NCBI GenBank assembly: GCA_043228905.1
Contig: JBHGNT010000004.1
Span: forward strand, 22,196,001 to 22,260,000
Source of the DNA: Azolla caroliniana
Taxonomy: Eukaryota > Plantae > Polypodiophyta
Reading direction: 5' to 3'
Length of the DNA: 64,000 nucleotides
In this document: piece by piece, positions 1 through 19,597 of the stretch
Position numbering within the stretch: position 1 is the first letter of the stretch
How the letters are laid out: each line of letters opens with the position of its first letter
Notes under the pieces: model-generated
What the model saw: the letters and a program-made list of their open reading frames with translations, nothing else
Told to the model about the DNA's origin: nothing
Database searches by the model: none
Program-made: the position numbers and the translations under genes

Positions 1-637
1 ACATAAGTTTTAGTTGGCAATTTGATATTTGCACAATCAATTGTACATTAAAGTTTGTTTGCCTACTTATCTTGATTCGTTGTTGAAATATATAATCAGC
101 AAATAACATGCATATAAACTTTTCTTACTCTTTAAGCCAAATACATGAAAAGAGCTCAAACTTAAATATTATGCAACATTAAAGGATTGTCTGTGCGTCC
201 TTTGATTGTGTAGCAAGAGAACCAAGTAGTATCCTTTCTTTATAAAAATGGAAAATGATATAATCATATGATGTTATAATTAAACTTAAATTGTTGCTTT
301 TGGACAATTAAATTTGGCAAAGAAGATATAAACTATGTACATAGGTTCGTTAATCTTATTGATACTTCAGCCACTGTATTATAAACATGATTCAAAATCT
401 CGAATATTAAAAAGAAATGCCTAGATCTTTCTAAAAAATCCATCTTTATAACTCATCAAAAAGTAACTCCATACTCTCTTGAAAAAGATACTTGAGAATT
501 AGCTAGATTCCTTTGTTATTCTTTCCATAAAAGTTGTGTATATTCAAACAACACGACAATACAAAAAACCCCTCGGTGTCCCCACTACAATAATGAGGAT
601 CTTATGGCAAAGTAAACCATCTAAGGTTTTGTAATGA

Positions 638-724
638 CAAAAAGGCATATCCTTTGAGGATAGGTTGCACATAGAACTTAGCAAAAGGCATATCCTTTGA
701 AGATAGGTTGCACATAGAACTTAG
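638..724. repeat. Tandem duplication, two copies of a ~43-bp unit
   Basis: caaaa(a)ggcatatcctttga(g/a)gataggttgcacatagaacttag occurs twice back to back. Confidence 0.85.
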
Positions 725-779
725 TTAACAACAACTACCACGTCAACTTTCCTTTCAAACCAAATACTTCTTTTGGTGC

Positions 780-2300
780 TCCATGGAGACCATCAAACAA
801 CCACCAATTTCTCATACTCCAATCGTACCACAGACTCCAATACCTAATGTAGTCAAACACAACCTAAGAAGCGAACAATACCTTGTCGTGTGTAACAGTC
901 TTGGAGCGAGGGATACCTAAGACAATGGGTGCATGAGGATACTTCGTGACATCAAATTGTAACTCTTCAACATGATTGCCAATGGTCATGCAATGGCTCT
1001 GTTTCATGCAATGGTAAGGCATGTCCATTGATGGTTGTTGTTAGAAGGGGCTTGGTGCAAGGGACTCATGAAATGGCATGAGCGCAGGCAATGTTGGAAT
1101 AAACCAAATAGGTTATGTAGAAAAGTATATGGTCACTAGAACAAGACAATCAAAGGATCCATGTTGCATTGTACCATCAAGGATGGGAAGTGTATTAGAT
1201 GAGAGAGGTTGACAAAATGATATGAATCGCATAGATGAATGGATTAGGTTTGGACAAAGGCATTAGAGAAGTCACGGAAGGGGATGGAGGGGTGGGGACA
1301 CAAGGGCGACTCGAAGTTAATCGAGTCTTGGTAACATCGCAAATATGGAATGTAGGTTGAGGACTTGGAAGCATGGGGCAATAGCCTTTAAAAAATGTGG
1401 GAGGTTATGTGGCGAAGTATCAATGAAGTTGTGGGACAAAAGTATTTTGATATTGGCGATTTGGAGGGTTGGGAACTCGAAATGGAACTTGGGACAACAT
1501 TGAGCCAACCGGTAGACCCTCGTTGGGGGCAATTTGAGGTGTTTCAAGATCTTGAAAGGGTTTTGTACTTGGTGCAAGTGGAGGATAAATGGATGAACTC
1601 ACCATAAAGACAAGAGGCCTACACAAATGTGGTGATCCCACTCTTCACGTGTCAATTGCCCTCAACAGTTTGTTACAGTGGAGCCTAGGCTAACTTTTTC
1701 ACCGTCAACATCTACTTAAAGAGGCGAGAGAACTTGGGTTTGGACCAGGCGGTGGGAATGGTCCAATGTCATGGCGTGTCATGAAGGGTCAAGTTTGGGT
1801 TTCCCACTTAGTGTTGTATCCAAGCTTGGTGTTAATACTTGCTCGTCAAATCTAGTTCCTAACACAAGTTGTTGAACTCCATGACACATTACACCATGGA
1901 GCGCTCCTTTTATTTTGACTCAAAGAAGTGGTCCCAAGTAGAGGGGGCAAATATGTTGGGGATTGCACACTCTACTCGCGGTGATTTGGCAAAGTGGTTC
2001 AGCAATGAGAAACCAAGATAGAGCAAAGACAAGGTAGAAACAAGAATAGAATAGAAACAATTATATCAATCGATTGCAAGTATAAGGAGCACACCATGAT
2101 GGGCATGGGTTGTATACATAAAACGAGTATGTGGAAAGCCAATAGACACAAGTGATGTGGCCTTCTTGATAGCATGTGGAATGCCAATAAACAACAAACC
2201 AAATGTGGCCCTCTTTATAGTAATAATATGTGACCAATGACATGTTTGACAAAGGAATGTGATAGTATCAATATTATAATGCACGCGTAGATGGACAATG
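780..2300 (+). mobile_element. Putative degenerate LTR-retrotransposon remnant (polypurine tract followed by LTR start)
   Basis: Purine tract agaggggg at ~1940-1947 is followed by TGTTGGGG at 1954, the usual PPT/3'-LTR junction. Upstream DNA is GC-richer with only broken ORFs. No partner LTR or TSD was seen. Confidence 0.3.
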
Positions 2301-2759
2301 AATGTCTAATTTCCCATGTAACTTAGTTTGATGAAAAATGCAAGATTCATCTTTGCCAAAAATCAAATGAAACACCAATATTGAAGGATGGTGACGAGAA
2401 CAAAGGAAGATATGTAAAAAGGAAGAAAAATGGATGTTTGAAGTCCAGCCAGCATGGCAAATACTCAAGGTTAAAAAGGAAGATAGATTATATGAATTAA
2501 CTTACGAAGAGACAGAACAAAATTTACTAAAGGTACATATACATGTCTGAATAATGCCTATGACATTACGAAAACTCCAAAAAATACATATGCAGATATT
2601 AGAGATGTTAATAAAGAAGCAAAAAATCTGGCTAATGGAAAAACAATAGATGCAATGTTCATAATTGCCAATGGATAGCAATTAACATGGAACAAGCAAT
2701 CAAATAAAAATTTCAAAAAGATTGGCTCATGAACCAGATTAAACCATTTCACAAAGAGA

Positions 2760-3305
2760 AGTTACAAAACACGTGCCCAACTATCGGATAAGCATGGTCA
2801 ATTGAGCTATGGCCAAGTTATCTTGCAAGATCATATAACAAATAATTAGCTCATGGGCTGAAAGCCGTAACAAACAAGTACTTGCATAGCAAGCTGCAGA
2901 CCAAAACATTTCACTATTGATCATTTGTATACTCTAATTGTAAGTATGGAATAAAGCCTACTTCAAAGCAAAACAATCAATTGCTGTTTATGGGCATTAA
3001 GAGAGCTTTTGGTCTAGTATTATGAAATGAACTTTGGGATAGAATGATAGAGATTGGAGTGCCATCCAAGTATCGAGCAATTGTAGCACAATTGTATAAG
3101 TGAGTTAGATGCAAATATAAAATTAACAAAGGTGAGTACTTCTAAATAACATGGGATTCATCCAAGATGTCTGCTCTCTCCCACAATCTTTGGTATAGGC
3201 ATTGCTAAACTTGAAGAAATAGTTAGCAAGGCTGCAAAAGGATAAGGATTAGATGACCCAAAACTTCGTACAAGAGCTTATTCTATTACTCTTGTATTTT
3301 GACAT
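2760..3305 (+). mobile_element. Degenerate RTE-like LINE reverse-transcriptase fragment
   Basis: ~2900 translates as RPKHFTIDHLYTL (cf. RT motif GFRxxxSTIDHIFTL). Later fragments read CLLSPTIFGIGI and LLLYFD (cf. QGCxLSPxLF and LxYADD). Many stops and frameshifts. Confidence 0.55.
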
Positions 3306-3906
3306 TTCATCATCACTCTACAGATAGCTAATAACGTGAAAGCTGATCAATGTAACTTTAATCTCACAGGTTACATGAATTATAACATTAACCACTCATA
3401 AAAATAATTGTTAACTCTACATTGCAATAAATCCCTTCGAAACAAGCGTAAATTTACGTCATTCAAATAACTTTTTAAGCATATCTGAGATTTCATTGAC
3501 CCCAACATTCAACTACATTAGAAAATCTATCTTAAATATTCTCAAAAGACTCAGATTTTCAATAAAGATAGCTCTCTTTATTGAGTAATAGCAAGACAAT
3601 GAACCTTTTACATAATTCAGTAAGAGTCGTGCACTGCAATCTTCTCATAAAACCATCTTTTTGTATTATGATACAAGATTTAGGTCAACGGGTCAAGCGT
3701 TTGGAGTATACAGCGTAAGGATAAAGATTTACGGTTTACGGTTTAGATCTGTGCTAAGGGTTTAGGGGTTATTGGTCAGTCCACAAACTTTCTTTTTTCT
3801 TTCCCTCGAAAACATTTGAGAAACAATATATCTCTGTCTGAAGCATTGAGAATCAGCCATTCTCCATTGAACGATAAAAAATACATCAGAATTCGCTGTG
3901 GCCTCC

Positions 3907-11278
<7,372 letters not shown>

Positions 11279-11302
11279 ATGTGAACAAAATCGAAAAAAT
11301 GG

Positions 11303-11776
11303 CTGCAATTGGGAAATAAAAAAAACAAGTACAGAGGAAAATTTAGAATTCCTTAGCAGAATCAGAGCATTTTTTAAGCTTATCCAGAAGAAATTCTGGA
11401 ATTGTGATGCAAAAAAACAATTGCATAGAAAATCATATCATTTTAATTTTCGAAGTTTATACCCAGAAGAAAGGCTGAAATTGTGACACTACAAACATAT
11501 AGATTTGCATGGCAAAACGCCAAACATCTTGAAGCTTGCTGATAAGAAAGGGTGGAATTGTGATACACAAAAACAGAGCATTCTAGTTCTTGAAGTTTAT
11601 AGCCACGAAAGAAGGGTTGGAATTGAGATACAACAGGCACGGAGAATTAGGTCGCCGAAACAAAGTAATTTGAAGTTTTCCCGGAAGAAAAGGATGGGAT
11701 TGCGATTAGAAAAACAGAGAATTTAGAGTGGGGAAGGGTTTGCAGAGGCAAAATCAGAGCATTTTTTGAAACTTAC
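11303..11776 (-). other. Probable 5'-UTR intron of the ISWI gene, containing degenerate tandem repeats
   Basis: On the minus strand the donor is TG|GTAAGT at ~11776 and the acceptor is TTGCAG| at ~11303, about 25 nt before the ATG. A ggaattgtgat..aa unit recurs at ~11398, 11477, 11554 and 11619. Confidence 0.6.
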
Positions 11777-11839
11777 CAGACAAAGAGAGAAGACGACTGA
11801 GGCCTTGCGCTGAGCTTATTAAGAGAGAAAGAACCCACC

Positions 11840-11960
11840 CCACGTGAGAGAGAGAGAGAGAGAGAGAGGGAGGGAGGGAAGGAGGGAGGGAAAGAGTGAG
11901 GGAGAGGGAGAAGAATAAGAAGAAATGAAAATAGGAGGAGAAGAAGAAAACAAGTACATA
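11840..11960. promoter_or_regulatory. G-box plus GAGA/purine-rich tract near the ISWI transcription start
   Basis: CCACGTG at ~11840 is directly followed by (GA)n and GGGA repeats. Plant GAGA elements are bound by BBR/BPC factors. Function here is inferred. Confidence 0.35.
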
Positions 11961-12046
11961 TGTATATCAATATGTAGATGAAAAGACAAAGAAAGAGATG
12001 AGAGGGGAGGATATGGCCGTCCTATTCTTGCTGGTGAGTCCGAGGA

Positions 12047-12288
12047 ATCGACATGGCCGGCCATCTCGGCCATCCATGTTATAAGTTTCTTCATTGCGCA
12101 AACCGCATTGACCTGCATCAACCTGCCTGCCTTCATGGGTATCCATGTTGATGTGGTGCAAAATTATTATTGGTTATGGGAGCTGATGAGCCTGAGGGAT
12201 CGACATGGTTGGCCATCCATGTTATAAGTTTCTTCATTCCAGAGACCACATTGACCTACATCAACATGCCTTCATGGGTATCCATGTG
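12047..12288. repeat. Imperfect ~95-bp direct duplication upstream of ISWI
   Basis: atcgacatgg..ggccatccatgttataagtttcttcatt...cattgacct.catcaac..gccttcatgggtatccatgt at ~12047 and ~12199. Confidence 0.85.
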
Positions 12289-12590
12289 AGACGGGGTGTT
12301 GAGGCACAAGTGATGAGAGTGGCCGACTATGCACACTTTGCCCTAAACAAGTTCGAGAGTCTGAGTATCACAATTTGATACAATGCTCTCTGCCTTTGAT
12401 CATATTCGACCATGCTTTCCACATCTCTTCGATCGAGCCCAATCCTTGCACGAATTTCTCTCACAACCACGATGTGCACTCTCGATTGCAACACGTGAAA
12501 TGTAATATTTTTGGTCTCATAGGTCATATTTGACCTCCGAAGACGATAATATAATCTCTCGCTCTCGCTCTCTCTCTCTCTCTCTCTCTC

Positions 12591-14099
12591 TTTATTTATT
12601 TTTTATTTTATTTTGGTAAAATCACACAATTATATTAATTGCATGTAAAAAAAACCCCTATTACAACTTGTAAGTCAACTTTACATATCTACATAGAGAG
12701 ATACATATTCATATCATTACAAACCATGAATATGTCTCTCGACATCCCCTAACCATTCTTATCAGACCAAATGACGAATGTGATGTCCAACTAACTTACA
12801 TACTTGTCTCTCTTCATGATTGAATATGCTTGACATCTCCAACAATGAAAATTGCCATAAAGGGAACCCCTTCAATCTCAACACATAACAGTATACTCCC
12901 CTTTGTTCATCAAATATAAGAGCATTTTGCATATGCCAAATAAACCAAAGCCCATAATACCTCAAATAATCCAAAATAATCTGAAAAGAAGGTGAAAGAC
13001 CTCCTAATTCCACTTGTGCAAAAACCCATTTGAAAGGAGGTTGTAGCACTCTTGTCAAGGACATCCATATTGCATTGATAAACTTCCAAACCATCTTTGT
13101 AACAGGACATGAAATAAATCGATGTCAACTGTGCTCTACTTCCACCGTACAAAAGAAACAGAAACCACTAGTAATTTTTCTTTTGCATAAAGCATCACCC
13201 AATGGCAATCCACTAACCATAACCCTCCAAATAAACACATTCGCTCTAAATGACAAATGTGAACACCAACCCTTCGGAAGTACATTTTTCCACCAAATTG
13301 TTGGCCTATGAAAAGACCATACCTTAATTACCCTATTTTCTAACCACATATGTTTCCCAATAATTGTATGATAAACCTCATTCGTTGAAACCATACTTAA
13401 GTTGTTCCCCCCACAAATGTCCAATCAAGATATAGAGAATCTTCATTCAATTGTGGCACATGCCCTTGCAACATTGATAATCCTTGTAATGTATCCCAAA
13501 TGTGCCAATAATTGCGTGGAATTCCAAATGTTGATCTAGTAGTACGAAAAGACATCAACCTTCTTTGAGAAGTCAAAATTGCATCTTTTAGTGATACCAA
13601 TCCTAATCGAGCCATTCGATTAAATTGATGTTGCAAAGATTGTTTACTTTCCCAATCCAACACCCTTGATGTTGCCAAAATCTCTAGTTGTAGAGAATTT
13701 GCATACTTCTCTATGTGATGGAGGATCCCACTTGACAAATTCTAACACATTCTACCAAGATGATAATAATTGATTAACAACCCAAGACATTGAACACTTC
13801 ACTTGCCTTTTGGAGTTGACTACATTCCACCAATGTGTTTCTACTATTACTTTGCCAAACTTGATGCAAATTCTCTCAACAAAGAAAATCACCATTTCTA
13901 TCCATGGTTGTGTGTTTGCAAACATAGAAATGAGTAATGAAAACCTTTGAGCTACCATATGCTCATATACATTCAATAATGCTGCTCCACCAAGCCGTTT
14001 TGGAGTACAAATATGATCCCATGCCAACCAAGAAATTCCATGTTTCCCTTTTTTCTCCCATAATAATGAACGCATGGATTGGATAACCTTTTCAACAGC

Positions 14100-14103
<4 letters not shown>
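12591..14103 (-). mobile_element. 5'-truncated, degenerate L1-type LINE (ORF2 C-terminal region with zf-RVT-like zinc finger)
   Basis: ORF fragments SLLWEKKGKHGISWLAWDHICTPKRLGGAALLN and FIWRVMVSGLPLGDALCKRKITSGFCFFCTVEVEH match L1 ORF2 motifs. An A-rich tail on the minus strand appears as a T-rich tract at 12591-12614. (TC)n lies on both sides. Confidence 0.88.
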
Positions 14104-14152
<49 letters not shown>

Positions 14153-15639
14153 GTGAGAGTTTTTCAAGCTTTATTATCACAACAAAGTCCATCAATAAGC
14201 AAGAATAAATGCATGTTTTGGTTTGAACTCAATTGTTTATCAACTAATTTTGTGGCATTAGACCAAGAAAACTAGAGATTGTTTGCTAAGTTACAACAAC
14301 TAAATGTGGAGAAATCATAACCACACGAAGAGATATCAAAATGTGTTATCTAGCTTCAAGCAATTGTACTATCTTTGCATCAAGAAGATTCGAGTTTTCA
14401 AAGCCCCCTACAAGAACCAAATATTAGCCTACCAAGAAAGTTTTGAAGGTGCTCAATTTCAAATTTGGGGATTTGTAAGCATCCCAATAGATATCCAATA
14501 AATGCATCCCAACAGATATCCATATGCATACTAACAGATATCCAACAAATGCTACTAGAGTTTGGTTTGTAGGAACACTATTAATATGCATGACATGTGT
14601 TTGCATGGTTTGCACCATTATTAGAAAAGAACTATCCATTTCTAGACCAAGGTGCAAAGATTGGGACAAGGAGATTGCCATACCTAGGCCTATATAAGAA
14701 GCTTTTCACTTCCTTGGGATGACAAAACTCCCAATGAATCAATTATGTTATGGGCGACACAATTATGTGAAGGATTCACTTCTCAATTTCCATGAAGATC
14801 CAATAGGCGAGCAATATGATGTGATAATTGACTATTTGAACAACATTATAAATAACAACAATATTATGCTTAGGGAAGGAGCAAACTTAGGCATTTGTGA
14901 TTGTAGTCCCACCTTTAACCCCTGCTCAACCAAGTAACACAATTCTAAAAGATGACTTGGTGACTCTAATGGAGATTGATGTAGCGAGTTGTCAAGGGCC
15001 ACTAACAAGAGCTTAAAAACAACATCAATCAAACAATTTATGTGTATATTGTGGTGGCCCAAACACATAGTAATAAATTGTCCTCATCATATTGACCCAG
15101 ATAATAAGTTAATCAAGTGAGTGCAATTTTTATCTCGATTCTCCAATTACATCAAGCCATTCTAGTGAACCTAGTAATCTTTGCCACGATTGGAATACTA
15201 ATCGGATCAACTCTTTTCAAGTGCTTCTCTTATGCCAAATTTGTTTGGGTATATAATCGAAGCAAAGTTGAGTGCATGGGGTAAAAATTTTGGTAAGAAG
15301 AGGTACAAACAAATTGGTTTTCAAAATCATCACAACACCACACATCATTTTACCATTAGTTGAGTGCTAATGGAAAGTCATTTTCTTGCAATAATGAGCT
15401 ATTTGACTACCTTGAGCTTAACATTCCCTCTAACCATAGATGGAATAAATTTGCTACTCATCACTTGGAAGTGGAAAGAGGACTTGATTTACATTTGAAA
15501 CTATATGCAAGGAAGAAGAAATCAAATGTTAGATTCTCAAGAATACCTCTTTAACACTTCAATGGCACTAATGATTCTCTAAAGGGTTTAAATATAGGGT
15601 GATAATATCGTTAAGTTCACTTAAATAGAGTTTAAAAAT

Positions 15640-16620
15640 CGTCAAAAAGAGAGGTTGAACACTTGTTTCAAAGAGCATAACCCAATACAAGTGATGAATT
15701 TAGCTCCCAACAATCTCCTTAAAAATAGCTTTGTAATCTTCTTAATCTCATTCCATGCATTAAGAGGGAATGCCTCCCCACACACTTCAACTCCATAAAG
15801 CAAGACTGGAGTTACCATGGCATTAAATGAGATTAGTTTCATTTCCCAACCATGAGTAAGCATTAATTCTCTAACATAGAATAACTTTTCCAACAAGCTT
15901 GAATCCTAGATTCAAAGCATACTACATGTATTTGTGGTGGGTACATCAACATCGATATACTCGAGGCTTTGCATAAACTCTATATGCTCTCCCTTGTAAC
16001 AATGGGCATAATTTCGGCTCAAATTGAACCAAACCGTTAAGTCATGGTTTAATAGTTTATTGGTTCCAAAAAAAATTAATGGTTTCATTTGGTTTGGATT
16101 TTCGATAAATAGTTCGGTTCTAAAACTCAAGTTTATAGGTTTTTGGTTAACTTTTTTTTACCTTAATAGTTTATTAATTTAATGGTTCAATTAAAGTTTC
16201 TTTCAATGATTTAATAAAATTAACTTAAATGCTTATTTAATTTAATATATTTTGGTTGATTTAAATGTTTAATTAGTTTGATTTAAATGGTTAGGTTTAA
16301 ATTTTTTATTAAATGGTTTAGTTTGGTTTGAACTTTTCCCTAAACAATTTGGGTTTAAATGGTTTGGTTTAAATACTTGAGAGTTCATAAACGGTTTGGT
16401 TTGGCGTTCGTTTCATATAAACAATTCGGTTCGATTTCTTTGCCTTGAAACCATACCAAATCACGCCCATTACTACTCCCTTGTACATTAGCAAAGAGAT
16501 GCATTATACTTGCTTCATCATGCATCAATAGATTCCTTTGTGAGTGAGGATTTTTTGCATTGCCAATGTATAAAGGTGTAGAAAAAAGCTGGTGGCTTGC
16601 ATTTCACACATTATATTATA
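15640..16620 (-). mobile_element. RTE-like LINE remnant interrupted by a hAT-type MITE
   Basis: ISFNAMVTPVLLYGVEVCG...WNEIKKI resembles the RTE ORF C-terminal motif LLYGxExW. Removing the MITE and one TSD copy rejoins LMYKGEHIEFMQSLEYI. Confidence 0.65.
15997..16475. mobile_element. hAT-type MITE with 8-bp TSD
   Basis: Identical 8-bp direct repeats CTCCCTTG at 15989-15996 and 16476-16483. Imperfect TIRs taacaatgggcataattt and aaatcacgcccattacta. Subterminal AACC(G)/GGTT motifs surround an AT-rich core. Confidence 0.88.
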
Positions 16621-17386
16621 CATGTTGCACCAAACTAAAAATCCATCTTTTACCAAACAAAGAAATTGTCGTCACAAAAAAATGCTAGAGTTAATCCTTT
16701 GTTTGCCATTCACATTGTTGCTTCCATACAACTTAGCTCACAACGTCTTTGACATAAGATGGGGACTTGGGGGCACAAGAGAAGACTTTGCAAACCATTT
16801 ATGCATTACACTTTGATACAATTCTCACCTTCAACCATACTCGAGATTGCTTTGCAACCATCACCAATCTAGTCCAATCCCTAGACACATTTCTCACACA
16901 AACATAATTTGCACACTCAATTTCAATGTTCAAAAGTACAATTCTTGATCATTGGGATCACTAAATCCCACACATACTATGTGAAAATGTTTCACTTTTA
17001 GTCATATAGGTTAACTTTTGCCTCCAAGAACAATAATAGAATCTATTAACCTAACATATAGATAGACAGATAAACAAGATATATAGATAGATACACTAGA
17101 TGGATGGATGGATCACATGTGGTCATGCACACCTTTTTTGAGTTTGTAGAAATCACATATTGTTACAGTATACAATGATTTTGAAACATGGGTTGATTAG
17201 ACAATCTACTTGCAACAAGTCATTCATTCTAGAATACAGTACAAGCCATACCCATAAAATTCGCAAAGTATTTACTATTGACTAAAATCACTTTTTTGTC
17301 AATCAAAAAAGGATTATTATCATAGATACGGTCGTGGTACGGTCATAGACATCACCTATGGTCTTCTTTAACAAAGACATTATGAT

Positions 17387-19516
17387 TCAGAACTGGATGG
17401 ACTTCATCAAATCCACAAATTCATCTCTGTTTAGCTGCCCATCATCTACAGTAAATGTAGAAAACAATCTCTCAAAATATTTTCGAGTTATTGAAGTCAT
17501 AATTCAAAGTTGCCATATACTTATTTTCCAATAATACAATGATGTGTTACCATCTACATCTGCTTCAGAAATCATCTCCCGTAATTCTGCATCTGTAAAG
17601 TTCTCTCCAACAGACCGTGCAACCTGTTTGAGTTTCTCAAATGTTATCTTCCCCTGCAATTTAAAATGCATAATATGCTATTAGCACCTAATACCATTTT
17701 AGATCATCTGACAAAAACCCAATGATTTAGGAATGGAATGATGACATTATTTCCAATATATCTCAAGCACAAAAGCTCAAATTTTATTAAGTGGGGACAT
17801 TTTATATCAAATAGCTCACATCTTTCAAATCATGTGCCATATGTGTCATACTTCAAAACTAGTTTTAATGTATTAATATGTTGGCTTATGTCTCAGCAGA
17901 GTGTGCCGTTTTACGTCAAACTCACGGTGTTGCTATCTGCAAAGATGTCGAAGGCCTTATAAATTTCCCCCATTGACTCGCGCTCACCCATTTTCTCTGT
18001 CATCATATGCAAGAACTCTTCAAAATCTATGGACCCACTTCCATCTTTGTCAATATCTGCAATCATTTTTTGAATCTCCTGAAAATAAATCAACAAAAAA
18101 GCGTAGTACCATCTTTACAAACATGTCTCTGCATACAGGTTTGATTAATACCATTTTATGATAAATGAAAATATTTGTCAGGGCTGACAGAATATATTGA
18201 TGATGAATGTACATTTTCTTGTTGGATTCTAGTTTAAAAAAAGATACATATATCCATGAAACCCATGACTCGAGCCATTAATAGTTCTGAACTATTAGTC
18301 CTAACATCAAAAAATGCATTTTAGAACCAAATGTCAAGCGAGTTATTTTCTGGCAACCACTCATGAGTGAACCATATTGATTTATTCCACAATATAACAA
18401 TTCACAACTAATTCATCACATATCTTCCCAAGATCTGTAACAGCAAGAATTTCTTGAAGAAAGCAATGTTTCAATAACTAAATAAAACGTTCACCTATCA
18501 AAAAAGAAATACTCATTTTTCAATCAACAATCTCTGAACTACAGATCCAAAAATCTTTTCAATAAGAATAGGATTGATAACAGTGTTTTCTTTTCTTTGT
18601 CCTAGCTTTTTGCTAAAGCTACTTGAGTATTTTCAGCATGTCTTGTGTGAATCTAATTCACCTCCCTGTTTATTTATGCAATGCATCAATTGTTTTCTTA
18701 GGTTAAAATCCATGATGTTCTGCTTCTTGGATGTATAAAGAAATATTGTTAAGGGACAATCCTGTGGATGCCCTCTAACTGACAGCTACAATATCTTCCC
18801 TCGTGATGTTGTCAACAGTCAGCCACAGCAGCCTCCTTGTTTATGTGCTTGAAACTTCATTACCCATAAGGGATTTGTGTACGTAATCATTGTAGTGATC
18901 TTTTGAATTAGCAAAAGATAAACCAAAAAACAAGTAATAATTAAGATCTTGCACAATGGAAATGTATAGATAGACTCATAGCAAAAACAATCCCTTTTTT
19001 ATTCATTCCCAAATATTACAAGAAAAAAGATTGCAGAAATCTCATCATGCATAATTCTCATTACCTTCATCTCTCAAGCCTCATGGCCTTACAGGAATGA
19101 ACATTCATGTTTATAACCTTTCATAGCCTATCCACTAAGACCATTCATGGTCAAGCTGCTAACACATGAATGCAGCTCAAGTAAAGGCTCAAAGCAAGAT
19201 TGTGGTGAGACAAATCAAAGGTTTGAGATAGGGTGATCTATGCTTTTAGGGCTACACTATCTTAATATGAAATGGAATTGGTGGTTCATCACATTTGACA
19301 ATGAGCTTTTCACTGTATTATCGACAATATCGTGCCTTCCAGGAAAATTATTTAATATTACTGTATCCTAGCTTCTAACTTCTAAGAATGAGTTCTTTTA
19401 GAAGTAAGTACCCCTAACTATCTCAAGACATATGGAACTCAATAATAGTATCACCCTTAAATTTTCTCATTTTAGTACACAAAACTCCATTTTAATACAT
19501 ACATAGGGAAAATACA

Positions 19517-19597
<81 letters not shown>

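Noticed and set aside
638-724. Short direct repeats here and at 49983, 62850 and 63881 as CRISPR-like arrays
   Set aside because: Eukaryotic context, only 2-3 units, no series of unique spacers and no cas genes.
13752-14195. ORF containing an RERERE run
   Set aside because: The run is a translated (GA)n microsatellite fused to the LINE fragment, not a gene.
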